Assembly: GCA_976226885.1 (NCBI GenBank)
Contig: OZ320314.1
Location: 100,316,001 to 100,380,000 of the forward strand
Direction of reading: 5' to 3'
Origin: Iphione sp. A-MEVVRFRX5
Lineage: Eukaryota
Length of the DNA: 64,000 nt
The first letter of the stretch is position 1. Each line of letters opens with the position of its first letter. The position numbers and the translations under genes are program-made. The notes beneath the pieces are model-generated. The model was given only the letters and a program-made list of their open reading frames with translations, ran no database searches and was not told the DNA's origin. Below are positions 13,284-25,830 of this stretch, in pieces.

Positions 13284-16200
13284 TTAATTATTATACAATT
13301 TATATACTAGAATAATATCTTGGGTTGTCATAACTAAGTTCCACAACCAGTCCCAGTTTCAACTTATTTTATTGGCCGAACAAAACCTATATCTATAGCT
13401 GGGTGTGAGATAGGGAGTTGCACCTGGAGAAGGTGTGAAGCACATACAAATCGAACAGAGGGACATATTAGATTATAGAATAATCAATTTCCTCTCAGGG
13501 AATTCTATATGTAATAGTGAGGGTAGTGGCAAACCAAAGTCACAGAATAGCCATGCAGGTTTCATCATATAGATAACGTGATCTAAAACAAATAAAAAAT
13601 CATTCAAAAGGGTGACCTTGAGTGTGTGTCGTGGTGCTGGTGATGCTTGCAGGTAGCATTAAGGTCTGTGCATACCTAAACAGATGACAGCCGATTGAAG
13701 GCATTGAAGGCTTCTGGATTTGGAGTCGATTTTGTATGTATGTAACAAACATATGACCATTTTTACTCGGAAATTGGGTTTCATATGTAAATATAGATAC
13801 AAGTGCAAATATTAGCAATGTGCACAGTATGGTATTGTAGGCGGGAATCCCCCACCATCAACAGCTTACTGGTTTCCTGTCTCAAATATGGTCCAAAACT
13901 AAACAATACACAGAAACTTTGACTAAGAAGCCTCATTATTTTCCCTGCAATGATCTTTTTTGAAAATTTGCAGTCTAGCAGATGAATCCTTGCTCTTCAT
14001 TTGAACCAAGGCTCTATCATATCTATTTCCATTTTTTGAAATACATGTACTTTAAAGATCTAATACATTAGCATTTAGTGAGAAAATTGCATAATAGAAA
14101 GGAACATTGACCATGAGAAACCCTAATCTGTCAGCTTTAGTTGATGTATAACATGTATATATTCTGTATGAATTAGGTATGAGGGAGATTAAGTGAAAAA
14201 AGCTACCTCCCCACTCTCTACGTATCCTCTGTTCAAAATCAGACTACTCGTTTTGAAATCTAAGCTTAGTATAGTTTATGAAAATACTTTTTGAATGCTA
14301 CCAATGAGTCTGTCATATATGAAAACCTTTATATATGAAGATTCATAATTAAGGAAAAAGTTAAGAAAAATCTATCATAGTACAATACTTGAATCAGTTT
14401 TCTGCATTGTTCCTATGGGGTAATATTTCACAAAGTTGTTCCCTTTTTGTAGTATGAAATCTTATATAATTCAAAAACCTCTGGTGCAATTTTAAAAATT
14501 CAAAGAGCAAAATGAAGGACATATGTCCTTCATCTACTAGATACAGTTTTAATGTCATAGAGGAGGTTTTAAAAAATGGTATCACACTACCACATATATA
14601 GGGATTTGTGCCTCGTTACAATGATAAATATAAAGATGTTCAGCATATCCAGTTTTTGAGTATGTGGTTTTTGAGCCTTGTTTGTATATGACTAATGTAT
14701 ATGAGAAGTAAAGTCACTGTTAAGGTAGTATGATTGTGCTCGTTTGTTCAAGCACTGCACCGATATCACATGATTAGTGCTACAGATATATGTTTGTAAA
14801 AGAATGAAACTGAAAAGTGGCAATTTTGATACCTTAAGATCAGTTTGACCTGAAGGTACGTTTGAAAGATTACCACAACTTCAGTGCGAAGTACATGTAT
14901 ATCAAGAGTTGGAGCAATGCCAGAGAAACTGAAGAGCTGAAAGGCTACTATTAGCAAAAACAAGCAGGGATAATGTTCACCTCAATATTCAGTGGAGATA
15001 GTGTGATACTTAACTAGGTTCGTATATAATATCAGGTAATACATTAAATTCAAAAAAAGTCTATCTACTAACCAACTAAGGATGCAAAGAATACTGGGGT
15101 TTTTCTATACTAACCATCCCCCACACTGCCAGACACTGCGGGAGTCAGTGTACCAGGCCAAGTAGGGCAGACCAGAAAAGATAGCAGAGACGACAGAGAT
15201 GACCTACAAATAAACTACTCCTTAGAAATGCAAAAACCTTGTTTGACTGAAACAGCAGGGAGACCCAGGATCCTTGTTTATATAAAGGGCAATGATTTTG
15301 TGTTTCAATCCACTGGGTTAGCCACTGCTATGATACCACTTGTATACCTGTATTTGTGTACCAGTCTTTTGAGAAACATTTTCGTATTCTTGCTGTTTGT
15401 GGGGAAGAAATATCATTTACAGTGCAATACATGACCATGATGCAACAAGTCTAATATGACATGACTTATAGCTCCAACATATCTAGAGCATCGTGGAAAC
15501 TAAATCATCTTTCTACCCGCCATTTCGTTCGCATTTATTGACATATATTTAAGTTGGTAATATCTGCTTGTCCAAGTCTGAATATGCCATGAAGTGTTAT
15601 CTTTTCTTTTTCGTTGTTCGAAAGTCATACAAGTTTGTGAAATGATCAAAACGTAAGAAGTCAGAACACGCCAGACCGTCTATACAATTAGATTACCGCA
15701 GCGTCACAATACCAAGTAACTGCAATATGGCCACAATGTTGCTAGAACATAATATTGTTAGCTTGGTATTTTACATGGAATGACAAAAATCATGAGTCAA
15801 AATGCGTGTCCAAGTCAGTTCATGGACCAGGGATGCTCTTAGGCAGTTTATAGGGTTACACAACGTAAATACGCCTTAGCCAACCTCATCTTTCGTAATT
15901 TAAAACGGAACGGTTTCAACTGCAGGACAATAGAGACATGCACCGGATGGGGTTACGCGATCTGACCGGAATCACCCATATGCCAAATATATGATATGCT
16001 GGTGCTGTACTGGTATTCTGTCTGTTTTTGAAGTAAACATAGTATGTACCCTGACTAGTACTAATGGTTAGGGTGCGTAAAGTGAAAACGTTTAGTTGCC
16101 TTTTGTAATGACCTGTACTGCCCCTTTTGCAGTCCAGGCGAACTATTGGTCTCTATCATACAGGTGTGGACCTGTAGGTGGCAGCATCATTCGAGCTGAT

Positions 16201-18095
16201 CTGGTCAAAAAGCACTGGCCCTTGCCAACTATTGCATACAATAGCCACAATAAAATTCGTTCTTTTCCTTTATTTATATTTCATTCATGAACGGAACCAA
16301 ACTCTCTCTTTTTCTATCAAATCTATTGTGCTGTAATTATGCCTACACAGCAGGTACAAGATAAACGGAGGATATGACTATCAGCTCCACGATTTTCCTA
16401 TTATCGGATAATTTTAGAAAATCACCGTCGTGTACATTCATCTAAGGGACAATGATTAATTAAGATATTATTAGATAAATAACTTAGTGAGAGTAACTAT
16501 ACTATTAACTGGGCGGCGCTTGCCAGCCCATTACGTATTTCTTCAGGCAGCTCAACCTCACGTTTAGAGGTCAATACTTTCTTTCATAACTTTAACATTA
16601 CCAATTAATAGAAGAAAGCCGAGATAATTGATTGTTTCTTATCAATACATGTCACGAGGCATATCATGTTTGGCTGGATGATTCCGGTGAGATAATTGTA
16701 ATATAATTATATACAAGCATCTTTTATCACGAGGCATATCCATCAAGAGAGTGACTAAATATCGACAGGTATGCATTGACTGGCAAAGTTCCTCACCAGG
16801 TTAAGACACGTTACAATATGTTTAGCTAGAAGAGACTTTAATGAAAAACACAATACCTTAATAGGACCATCATGACACACAAGTAATTCAAATGCTACTA
16901 GTTGTTGCATTTCTATGCTATGACGTAGGGGACCACCAGGGTTTTCTTAAACGCAGCATGCTATCAGTGGGGGTAGGTATATGTTCTTGGCGGTATCACA
17001 ATGCTGTCTTGTATCCTGACCAATCATCCGAGTACAATGGAATACAGCCATCATTCTTAATTTTTTCGCTTGCCCAGATCATAGTTACTAACTACAATAT
17101 AGTTACAAACAGAACGTCATCATTATCAATTGATATTTATCCACCTTTATTTAGGTTCATTTGTGTGAACTTCAAAATCAGTAACTGTCGTCCCTTACAT
17201 CCTCTACTTGAAGATGGACCATAAGGAAATTCATGTGACTGAATTGGAGATAATTTTCTTAATTCCGTCTGTTGTCCTTTGGAGGATGGTTTATATAGAG
17301 AATCACCGGGAAAGTAGATATATTTTTATGTGTATAATTTCTGAAGATAGGAAATGATGTTATGAGTGCATGAATAGTAGATATACATTTTGCAACCACG
17401 GCCCTTAATATAGATCCTCTGTTTCAGTCACAAAAGTAACAACACAGATTCTTTTTATTGACACCTTCAAGAAAAACATATCGACCTATAGTCGTGGTTC
17501 ATAAAATTTTTCAGATAATTTTAACGAAAATTACAGAATGTCCTGTTACCTTAATCTTGAAAAGACCTAAATACATGTTCTGTGACTCTGATTGAAAATG
17601 TTCTATTACAGAGAAAAGTGGTGGTGCTTCATCATCATATTATTTCGAGGGGACAAACTCAAAATTCTTACAAACGGTTTAATCCCAGTGATGTTTTTAA
17701 CGATTGGATTCAAAATGTTCGATAGTCCCGGCCATTTATATAGGATGAGTTTTAAAAAGGCTATTTTCAAACTTTATGAGAGCAATGGACCCTAATCAAT
17801 GCTTAAATTGCCCTTACAATTTGTTAATTGAAAAAAGGGAAAAAAACGTAAAATTTTTCACCACAGACTCTGGTCAGTTTCTGAAAGCATCATCATAAGA
17901 AAAGTCAGAGAAATCCTTATAAGGAACAACTTTGATCAAAACAGTCTGGCAAAGGTATACACTTTCTGATTGAAGTTGCCTGATTTTGACACCATCTAAA
18001 AAGTAGAGGGAAGGGTGGAACTCATTTTCCCTCAAGAACGAAAGGCGTACATATATAACACTGCGGGCACACGCTAGAGCGCTATTTTCAGCTCA

Positions 18096-18213
18096 TAGGT
18101 GTAGTAGCGCGTGCGGCTATAACAAGGCATCAAGTTCCATCAAAGACACCAAAGGGCTGCACATTGTGCTCACAGGCCTACCAACACTAACCGCCACAGT
18201 GTGTAGACAGTTG
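18096..18213 (+). repeat. Direct repeat A1 of the Ngaro-like element
   Basis: Aligns along its length to 22826-22950 with scattered substitutions and a small indel. Confidence 0.9.
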
Positions 18214-18408
18214 ACCGCTCATTCAAAAATCAATGATTTTGAAAATATCTAAGTCATCAGAGGAAAAGGGAGTGATCCAGGAACTCCAGAAGCCTATCCT
18301 AGAAATTACACACCGGATGAAATCCCTGGAATCCAGGCTCCATGCCACCGACGTACCAAAGACCGGTGTGTTGACGAGGTCAAAAGCAGCCAGTCAGAGC
18401 CCTGACCA

Positions 18409-19136
18409 CCAAGCAAACACATAATGTTTTCACAACATTTTTAAAAGATCTCAAAAAGGCTGCAAATAATGTTATGAAATAACAGTTTAACAACATTTTC
18501 AAAATGTTTTTGGAAGATCTCAAAGAGGCTGCAGATAATGATATTAAATAATGTTTTTACAATGTTTTCACACTGTTTTCTAAAGATCCCAGAAGGCTAC
18601 ACATTATGTTATGAAATTATATTTTAACATAGGCTACAGGTAATGTTATGGAATAACATTCTTAAAATGTTTTAATAATATTTTTAAACGATCTTGAAAA
18701 GGAAGTCAGGAGTGATGGTAATGTATTTATACAGCTAAGAACAGGCAGACACAGTTGCAAATGGATAAGAGTACTGACACCACCAGTGATGCAGAGGACA
18801 TGGGTTCAAATCCCCAATAAGGCAATATTTCAGATCATTGAAAAACTAAAACACCCCTGTATAAAAAGTGAAATTACACAAGGAAAGAGTATTCAGGTGA
18901 GGATGAAAGTACATAAAAAGAGAAAACAAGGATCTGTCGCATTTTGAAATTTAAAGTTTGATAGAAACAGCTTTAAAATGTTTTTGGAAACCTTTCTGAA
19001 AATGCTTTGAAAATGTTTCCAAAAACATTTTTAAGACCATTCACTTTAACATTTTTGTAATGTTTTTTAAAAACATTTCAAGATATTTAGGAAAACATTC
19101 TTAAAATGTTTTCAAAATGTTTTTGTGTTTGTTGGG
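18409..19136 (+). mobile_element. 728-bp non-autonomous TIR element (CACTA/EnSpm-like MITE, 2-bp TSD CA) nested in Ngaro gag
   Basis: Left CCAAGCAAACACATAATGTTTT; right end reverse complement CCCAACAAACACAAAAACATTTT; CA at 18407-18408 and 19137-19138; AAAATGTT/AAAACATT subterminal repeats as in 5228-5915. Confidence 0.85.
18744..18823 (+). other. tRNA-like Pol III cassette inside second MITE; not a functional tRNA
   Basis: GGCAGACACAGTTGCAAATGGATAAGAGTACTGACACCACCAGTGATGCAGAGGACATGGGTTCAAATCCCC: degenerate A box, strong B box GGGTTCAAATCCC (18802-18814). Confidence 0.7.
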
Positions 19137-20139
19137 CACTTGACCAGAATGGATCGCACAGGTGCAATAAGCGGAGGCAACCACAAGAATGAAGATGACA
19201 ATGATGAAACATATTTGTTACCTGAGGAACCCCCTCACCCAGGCGACCTAAGGAGGATGCGCGAGGGAAGATCAGCGAATTCTTCTCTGCACTATATCCA
19301 AACAGTTTGCAGGTCAAAGGTAAGCCTTATCACTTTACCCCTTATATGTATATATACCAGGCTGACTCCAATAAGCCTGACTTAGCTATGCTCACAATCT
19401 TTCAATACATACTGGGTATTTTCCACATGTACAATGATCCTAAGTGCCCAACCACAATACAAAAGACTGGCCTCATTGACCATCTTATTGATTTTGTGGA
19501 TGAGTCGAGGACAATCCCATGGCCCCCCTACGAGAATGTGTTGGCAAAATGTGGGAGGCTATAAATCAGGGAAGGCTTAAGCTGACTGAGAATGCAAAAA
19601 TTCAGCAACTTAAATTACATTCCGTCCATGCCCATATGCATCAGAGCAGCACAATATCACATCAGAGTATTGTCCTTACATTATGCCCTGCATGGGTCTC
19701 AGGCAAGAGCTTCCTTCCCAACTACTGTGCTGCAGATCAATTTAAGCTCATGCATTATTGCCTGATTTATTATCACATGCTGAACAAGATGTTCAATCAC
19801 AAACCAGAAGCATGCCGCAACAAGAAGATGAAACCCTCAGGCAACAAGCCTACAAGGCAGAAACTTGAGCAGATGCAGAGGCACAATCTAGATAATGAAT
19901 GGTGACCCGCTACTTGACATGCCCCTCCATTGAACATAACCCACACCATGACGAAATGGACTCCCACTACTTCCAAGGTAATATTTTCTTAACCCATGAA
20001 CTGCCCATGATGGACCAGGTCACTGGCCATACGCTTATTTCATGACTCAGGGCAGCTGAGAGCAATCTGGACTTAATCATTTTCAATATTGTAAGAGCAT
20101 CAGGATGTCCTAATCTCTTAGAGGCGAGGCATACACTCC

Positions 20140-21480
20140 CATCAGCCCCAATTTTGACAGGTGGAGGGCACTGTTTCCTTCATCATCCCCGAATGATGCC
20201 TTCTTCATGGACGCCCTACAGTATAGTTTCCCTCTGGGTTCGTGGGGCATAAACTACCTGAACAGCACTAGAAGAACTACCCAGTGCAGGAACTCGTGAG
20301 ACACCACCTTCACAACTATATCAAGGAGGAGTTGACCCTGGGGGTCCTGTCCAGCCCTTATGATGCCCCTTCATTCAACAAAGTCATAGTGAGCCGCATC
20401 ACAACTCGCCGTAAATCTACTGAAGACAAACATTGTGTGATCATTGATATGGCTCACAGTGGGTTGAACGATCATATCCCCCCTCCCACATATCTTGTTT
20501 GACATATAAGCTGACAATACCAACAACGACTGGCCTAGTCAAAATCATCCATCTTTATAATGCTCCTATTTGTGTATGGTCCGTAGACTTAAAACGTGCA
20601 TATAGGAACTTTCCCATAGACCCTTTGGACTGGCCCCTACTGGGCCTTGAGTACGAACCAGAGTTTTTCTTTGACAAAAGCTGGCGAGTCGGAACTCGTA
20701 TGAGTTCCCTTTACATGTTGGTCATTTCTGAACACATTGTGAAAAAAAGGATTTCTAATTCCCCCTCTTTTGCAGGTTTACCATACCTGAATGATTATGT
20801 CTCACCTGAGAGTATATCAGAAGATGCATACACGCGTACTGACAATTGTGTAAGGGACCTAGGCCTGCTACTCATTAATGCTGTCCACCATCGAGAGTTT
20901 TAACATGGTTAGGTATCAGTATCAATCTAGACAAAAGAACCGTGTCTATTCCCTTAGAGGTAAAACGACAATGCAAGAGGGCTTTGTACATGTCAGTGAA
21001 GGAGTGTCAGTGCTTCATGGGACTCGTTAAGCATGTAGTCAGGTGTGTCACTGTTGCACTCAAACAGTACAGGCAAGCGATCAGGGATAATCTGCGATTT
21101 CTGTCAATTGATCTTGATGTACAAGCAGACCTAAATTTGTTTGTTAAATTTTTGTCTTCTTACAACGGAGTCTCATTCTTTCGAGAGACTGATACTGATG
21201 ATCCTATTTACCGTGATGCTTGTATAGAGGGGATGGGAGCTTATACTACCCAAATGTACTATATGATGCCCACCTCAGAATTCTTACAATACTCTCATAT
21301 TTCACAGATTGAGGCCTATAATGTGGCCCCCGTAGTGGCCATGTTCATCCCTAATTTCTAGGTCTAAAGCATATGATGTTTTCTGCGACAATCTGTCCTC
21401 CATCCGGGCTTTTTTAGTCAGGCAGGGGTAGAGATGCTAGAATTTTGTCTGCAGCATGGGCAGTTTGGTTCGCGCAGACA
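20140..21480 (+). pseudogene. DIRS-type reverse transcriptase / RNase H pseudogene
   Basis: SPYDAPSFNKVIVSRITTRRKSTEDKHCVIIDM; VWSVDLKRAYRNFPIDPLDWPLLG; YLND (degenerate YxDD); RNase H-like DACIEGMGAY, HISQIEAYNV and FCDN; several frameshifts. Confidence 0.9.
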
Positions 21481-21799
21481 AAATTAGGTATCAACCTTGT
21501 ATACAACCAGATCCCTCTAGCATGATGGTAGCTGATGCATGTTCAGGTACCAAAAAGCAAAAAAGTATTGTGTAATTGTGTCAGCACACCTCAATAGGAA
21601 TCCCCAGTTATATCGTGTATCCCCTCGTATTGATCTTGTCAATAGTGTTAGCATGTTTTTTATTCAGACACAAGACTTGAGTCTCTGGCACTCGGGCAGG
21701 TCAGCGGCAACAACAGGCGTAAACCAAGGACTCCATGCATGAAAGCTAGAATCAGGATGGTCAGGTTATTCATTGGTTACTGCATGAACTTTCACATTG

Positions 21800-22578
21800 A
21801 CTTCGTCCTGAGAAAGATGATATGTTAATGTATATAGAATACCTCAACATTTATTATTCACCACAGGTTACTTCCAAACGCATTACAACCATGAGACAGG
21901 TAACGGATGTAGCAGGAATGGACCGCCCTCCCTACGATTCAAACCTGATATGCATTTCCCTCAGTGCAATAGACAGGAGAAGTAGCCACCAGATAGGCAG
22001 AAAACTGCCAATTACTAATAAGATTATGCAGAGACTCATGATGAATCCGACATGTCTGGATAGACTGGGAGTTGTGTTCAGGTCATTGTTTCTGCTTATG
22101 TATTATACACTAGTACGTCAATCAAATGTGTTAGCAAAAAAATGTGTGTACTCCTCTACTGAACGAATTACGAGAGAAGATATCAAGCTCATGGATGATG
22201 GAGCACAGGTTAAAATCAAATGACAGACAAACCGATGTGTCCTATCAGGGCACTGAAACGGATGTTCAGCTTGGTTCCTACAACCCATGTCGATCTTTGT
22301 TTGGGGACCCTAAAATGGGTGGCCCCCTTAAAACAGGGAAAATAGCAAGAATGTTTAATATTGCACTAGATGATATGAGTCTGGACCATGAAAAATATCT
22401 ACTTCATAGCCTTAGGAGGGAAGAAGCTTCAACCCTCCAGGCTCTCGGTGTAGCCAAGGATGAGATTAAAAGTCTGGGTACCTGGAAATCAGACCCTGTT
22501 TATATGTTGTATACCAGCCAAACACTAGCTACAAAAAGGGCAGCCATGGTCTTGAGTTCTGCAGCAGACCATGCATAA
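21800..22578 (+). pseudogene. Tyrosine recombinase pseudogene of the retroelement
   Basis: LLMYYTLVRQSNV (catalytic Arg region) and LHSLRREEASTLQALG...LGTWKSDPVYMLY (HxxR, W, Tyr), split by a frameshift near 22200. Confidence 0.9.
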
Positions 22579-22825
22579 AAGTAAAATGGCTTGGAGATGA
22601 CCATTCCTCCATTTACTGGGCAAAGTACTACTTTCAGGGGTCATGTATAGTATTTCACATGTCATACCTGATGGAATTCAAAGGTAGGCTACCCACCCTC
22701 AGATTTACAGAAGTAAGATGGTGGGTTGGTGAGGAAGGTTTCCCCCCACCTTATTATGTCTAAAATAAAAAAAACTTTGTAATCATATATTCTAGTTTGT
22801 GTTTATTGTGGATCATGGGAAGAGT

Positions 22826-22950
22826 TAGGTGTGGTACCGCATGCAGTGGTAACGAGGCATCTAGTTCCATAAGAAACACCAAGGGCTGCACATTGTGCTC
22901 ATAGGCCTACCAACACTTAGCTGCTGACCACCGCCGTGTGTAGACAGTTG
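22826..22950 (+). repeat. Direct repeat A2 of the Ngaro-like element
   Basis: Copy of 18096-18213. Confidence 0.9.
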
Positions 22951-23044
22951 CCGCCCGCCCACCCAATTATATTAACGTATAGATATACGCATGTTCAAGG
23001 ATGTATCTATGATGTATTATGGTTGTATATAATGCATGAGGTTA

Positions 23045-23360
23045 CTGCTGGATGATAGATATAGAATCACGATGAAAGTAATTCACACCCTTAGGAATAT
23101 TTGCGAGCTTCGTGACCAGATGGGTTTTTACTGCATTGCTAACACCAGTGAAGAAGGTGTACCCAGTGATGGATTCCGTGAGTTGGCCTTCCTCAGCAAT
23201 GTGTGTTTCACTAAGGGTATCAATGTCTAGTGTATATCATGAGAGTTCGTATGCGTAATGCAAAGAATTCTGTGTGTAATGCAAATCAGAGAATACCTCA
23301 AGCAGGAATACTTCTGGTAAAGGGCAGAGTTGCATGCTGCACTTTAGTTAGAGGCGTAAA
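23045..23360 (-). mobile_element. RTE-clade LINE fragment (N-terminal AP endonuclease), decayed
   Basis: Minus-strand translation ELS*YTLDIDTLSETHIAEEGQLTESITGYTFF-TGVSNAVKTHLVTKLANIPKGVN matches the RTE/BovB-type endonuclease pattern (IDIAALSETR.AEEGQL.E...GYTFF...GVGFAIK..LV.KL...PKG.N). Confidence 0.8.
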
Positions 23361-25139
23361 AGTAAGTCGAATATTAACAGCGAAATCTGTTACTGCCCTG
23401 ATATAATGGAGACGAAATGGAGAAATGGACGAAGGAGATCCGTTTAGAACATCGCACATGTGATGGTGTTTGGATCTGATGTGATCACATCAACAAAAAG
23501 CAAAAGAAACCCATAACACGCATGGTAAATACGAAAGCATATGAACCACATAATGCAAGGAATGAATATTTAATAATGACATGGCACAAATCAAATGACT
23601 AAAAATTCCATAATTCTGGAAGCAATCTCTTTAGAACCAAATGTCGTCAGGAACCTGTGGCCTCACCTCGGTAAAGGCTAATCCCGTAGGAGCTGAATTC
23701 TGATCAAGCAGAAGTCATATCAACGCCATGAAGTCTTGGGGCAGAGAATTGGCAGAATAATCAGGAACATGTCTGTTTTATTGTACGTAACTGAAATATC
23801 TTTATTCACGTCACCGTATACAGTACAGCGAGTTCGTCCAGTGAATCACAAAGCAGCACATGAAAAAAGGAATACATAGGTTATAAGTAACTTAGTTAAA
23901 ATAGAGAACTATTTCCAAACGATTGGGTTCTCCCAAATAGAATAACATGTAGGTAACAAACAGTGGCATGAGACATGTCCATGAAGAATTAGGGTGAGTC
24001 TATGTATGACGCTGATAGTTACAGAGGTGGCCATCATCTAATAGATGCACTGTTATTTCTCTGGCGAGCATACCGGCCGGCGCCGTCGTGAGCCTATGGA
24101 TATGAGGCTTAGGGGCATTGGACGGAGTGAAAGCATATTTGATTAAAAGGATGAATACAGTGGATCGCAGTAATCTACAGCCTATTGCCGAGGTTTACAT
24201 CATATGTGAGATGGACTATGACCTATATACTAGCTATTTTCAAAGGGCGACTTTGGGATTCCAATAAGTTGTAGGGGCCACTAACCCTGCGACGCCCACG
24301 CTGATCAGCAGTCTCGAAGAAAAGATTGATTCCTAATTCCTAATTAAGAGGGTCGACAATAAATTATTTATGTAACTCGTATGCTTTGAAATAGGATTCA
24401 CACTAGAAAAGGGGCCACGGATTGGCGATAGGGCTACTAGTTCTCCAATACAAGGGGCCATCGATTGAAAAATTGGCTATCATACGCTTCACCAGAAGGC
24501 AACAAAGTTGCCCCGAAATCGAAATAAATACTCCACAAATACCGGTATTCACATTCGGAGCTTATTTCTACGAACGACAGATAGTCACCGGACCAGGAAC
24601 TACGGGTGGGGGGGGGGGGGCAGGGGGATCCTTACACCAGGCTACGACAACTAGAAGATACTAGCTTGAAATTCTTCCTGAAGTAGGAGTTTTATCAAGC
24701 TTGATATTAGGCCTAGACTTTCTGTAACAACTGATAATAATAAAAAATGATAACTGAAATTTTAAGACTGTTCTTTTCAACTATCACTCCCGAAATCTTC
24801 CGCTTAAACAAAGCACAAAACTCTCCAGTAAGAAATCTAATTAGAGGCCCAGTCTCTATAATAACCAACTATTGACATAAGTAAATGGCTATGATCGAAG
24901 GAACTAATCTATATTGCTATTACTTTGGTAAAATTAAGAATATGGTTTCTGGCACCATTCCCGCAGAGTATAGACGGAATATTGTAAACATTTAGGAAGT
25001 GTTTTATGCCGGTAGCTGCCTAAATAGCACTACTACTGCCACCTATGAAGAAGTAGCTGAACTACGCACGGCAGCTCCCTTTTTGCCTCTATCAAAAGGC
25101 AGTGATTCATCCTCACCTACATATATATGGATATATTAA

Positions 25140-25830
25140 TCTAAATAATCTAGCCTTGTAACTACCATAATACCCTTATCACTAGATGATATACTCCCTA
25201 ATTACATATAATAATTATGGGGCCATAAATAAACTATGTTTGTAACTAGCTGAACACCATGGTTACCTAAATATCTGTAGGACTCTAAACAACTAATGCT
25301 TGTAACTACCTTAACACCCTCTATCCCTAGATGATGTTGTCCCTACCAACAAAAATGTATATAATACCATAGATAATCCATGCTTGTAAGTACATTAACA
25401 CTCTAGTCCTTTAGAAATATCATCCTACATAAATATATCTGTAGGACTCTAAATAATTCACACTTCTAACTAAATATAAAACATTAAAGGTTTCCTGTTA
25501 TAAATCAACCTTTGAGTGAAAATGATGAGTTGAACTACACAATTTTACACAAATCGCTTCCATTTTCCATATCAGGAAGGAATATATACTCTTCTCCTTT
25601 GGAGGTAATCCTATCTAAACAATTTATGCTTGTACACACTCCATCTCTAGATAAAATAATATCTACTTGCATATAGGACCCATTGCTTGTAACTACCTTA
25701 ACAACATCTATCACTAAACAATATTGTCCCTACCTACTCCCCATAGATGAAATTATGCTTATCGACATATATGTGTTACTTTGTCCCTACCTACATATAT
25801 GTAGGACCATTAATAATCCCCTTATAATCC
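25140..25830. repeat. Degenerate minisatellite, unit about 60-85 bp
   Basis: Recurring ATGCTTGTAACTACCTTAACAC, TGTCCCTACC and ATCTGTAGGACTCTAAA motifs at roughly regular spacing; interrupted near 25490-25600. Confidence 0.7.

Larger units (their letters stand above)
18233..19905 (+). pseudogene. gag-like ORF remnant of Ngaro-like element, split by MITE insertion and frameshifts
   Basis: ORF 18233 (...SQSPDH) rejoins ORF 19125 (HLTRMDRTG...) in frame when 18409-19136 plus one CA is removed; downstream fragment has degenerate Cys/His motif LCPAWVSGK...HYC...HKPEAC. Confidence 0.6.
18096..22968 (+). mobile_element. Decayed tyrosine-recombinase retrotransposon (DIRS order, Ngaro-like with direct repeats)
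   Basis: gag-like, RT, RNase H and tyrosine recombinase remnants in order on + strand, bracketed by a ~120-bp direct repeat (18096-18213 vs 22826-22950, core GGGCTGCACATTGTGCTCA(C/T)AGGCCTACCAACACT...GTGTGTAGACAGTTG). Direct rather than inverted ends indicate Ngaro/PAT-type rather than DIRS1-type. Confidence 0.9.

Noticed and set aside
16890-17230. Merlin/IS1595-like motif IPLYSDDWSGYKTAL on minus strand
   Set aside because: Single short motif flanked by stops, no other transposase motifs or TIRs found.
5411-18823. Genuine tRNA genes at 5411-5488 and 18744-18823
   Set aside because: A and B boxes are present but acceptor and anticodon stems do not pair properly; both lie inside TIR elements.
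24590-24650. Mitochondrial cox1 insertion suggested by GGGGG...GATCC
   Set aside because: Flanking translation does not match FFDPxGGGDPILYQHL in any frame.
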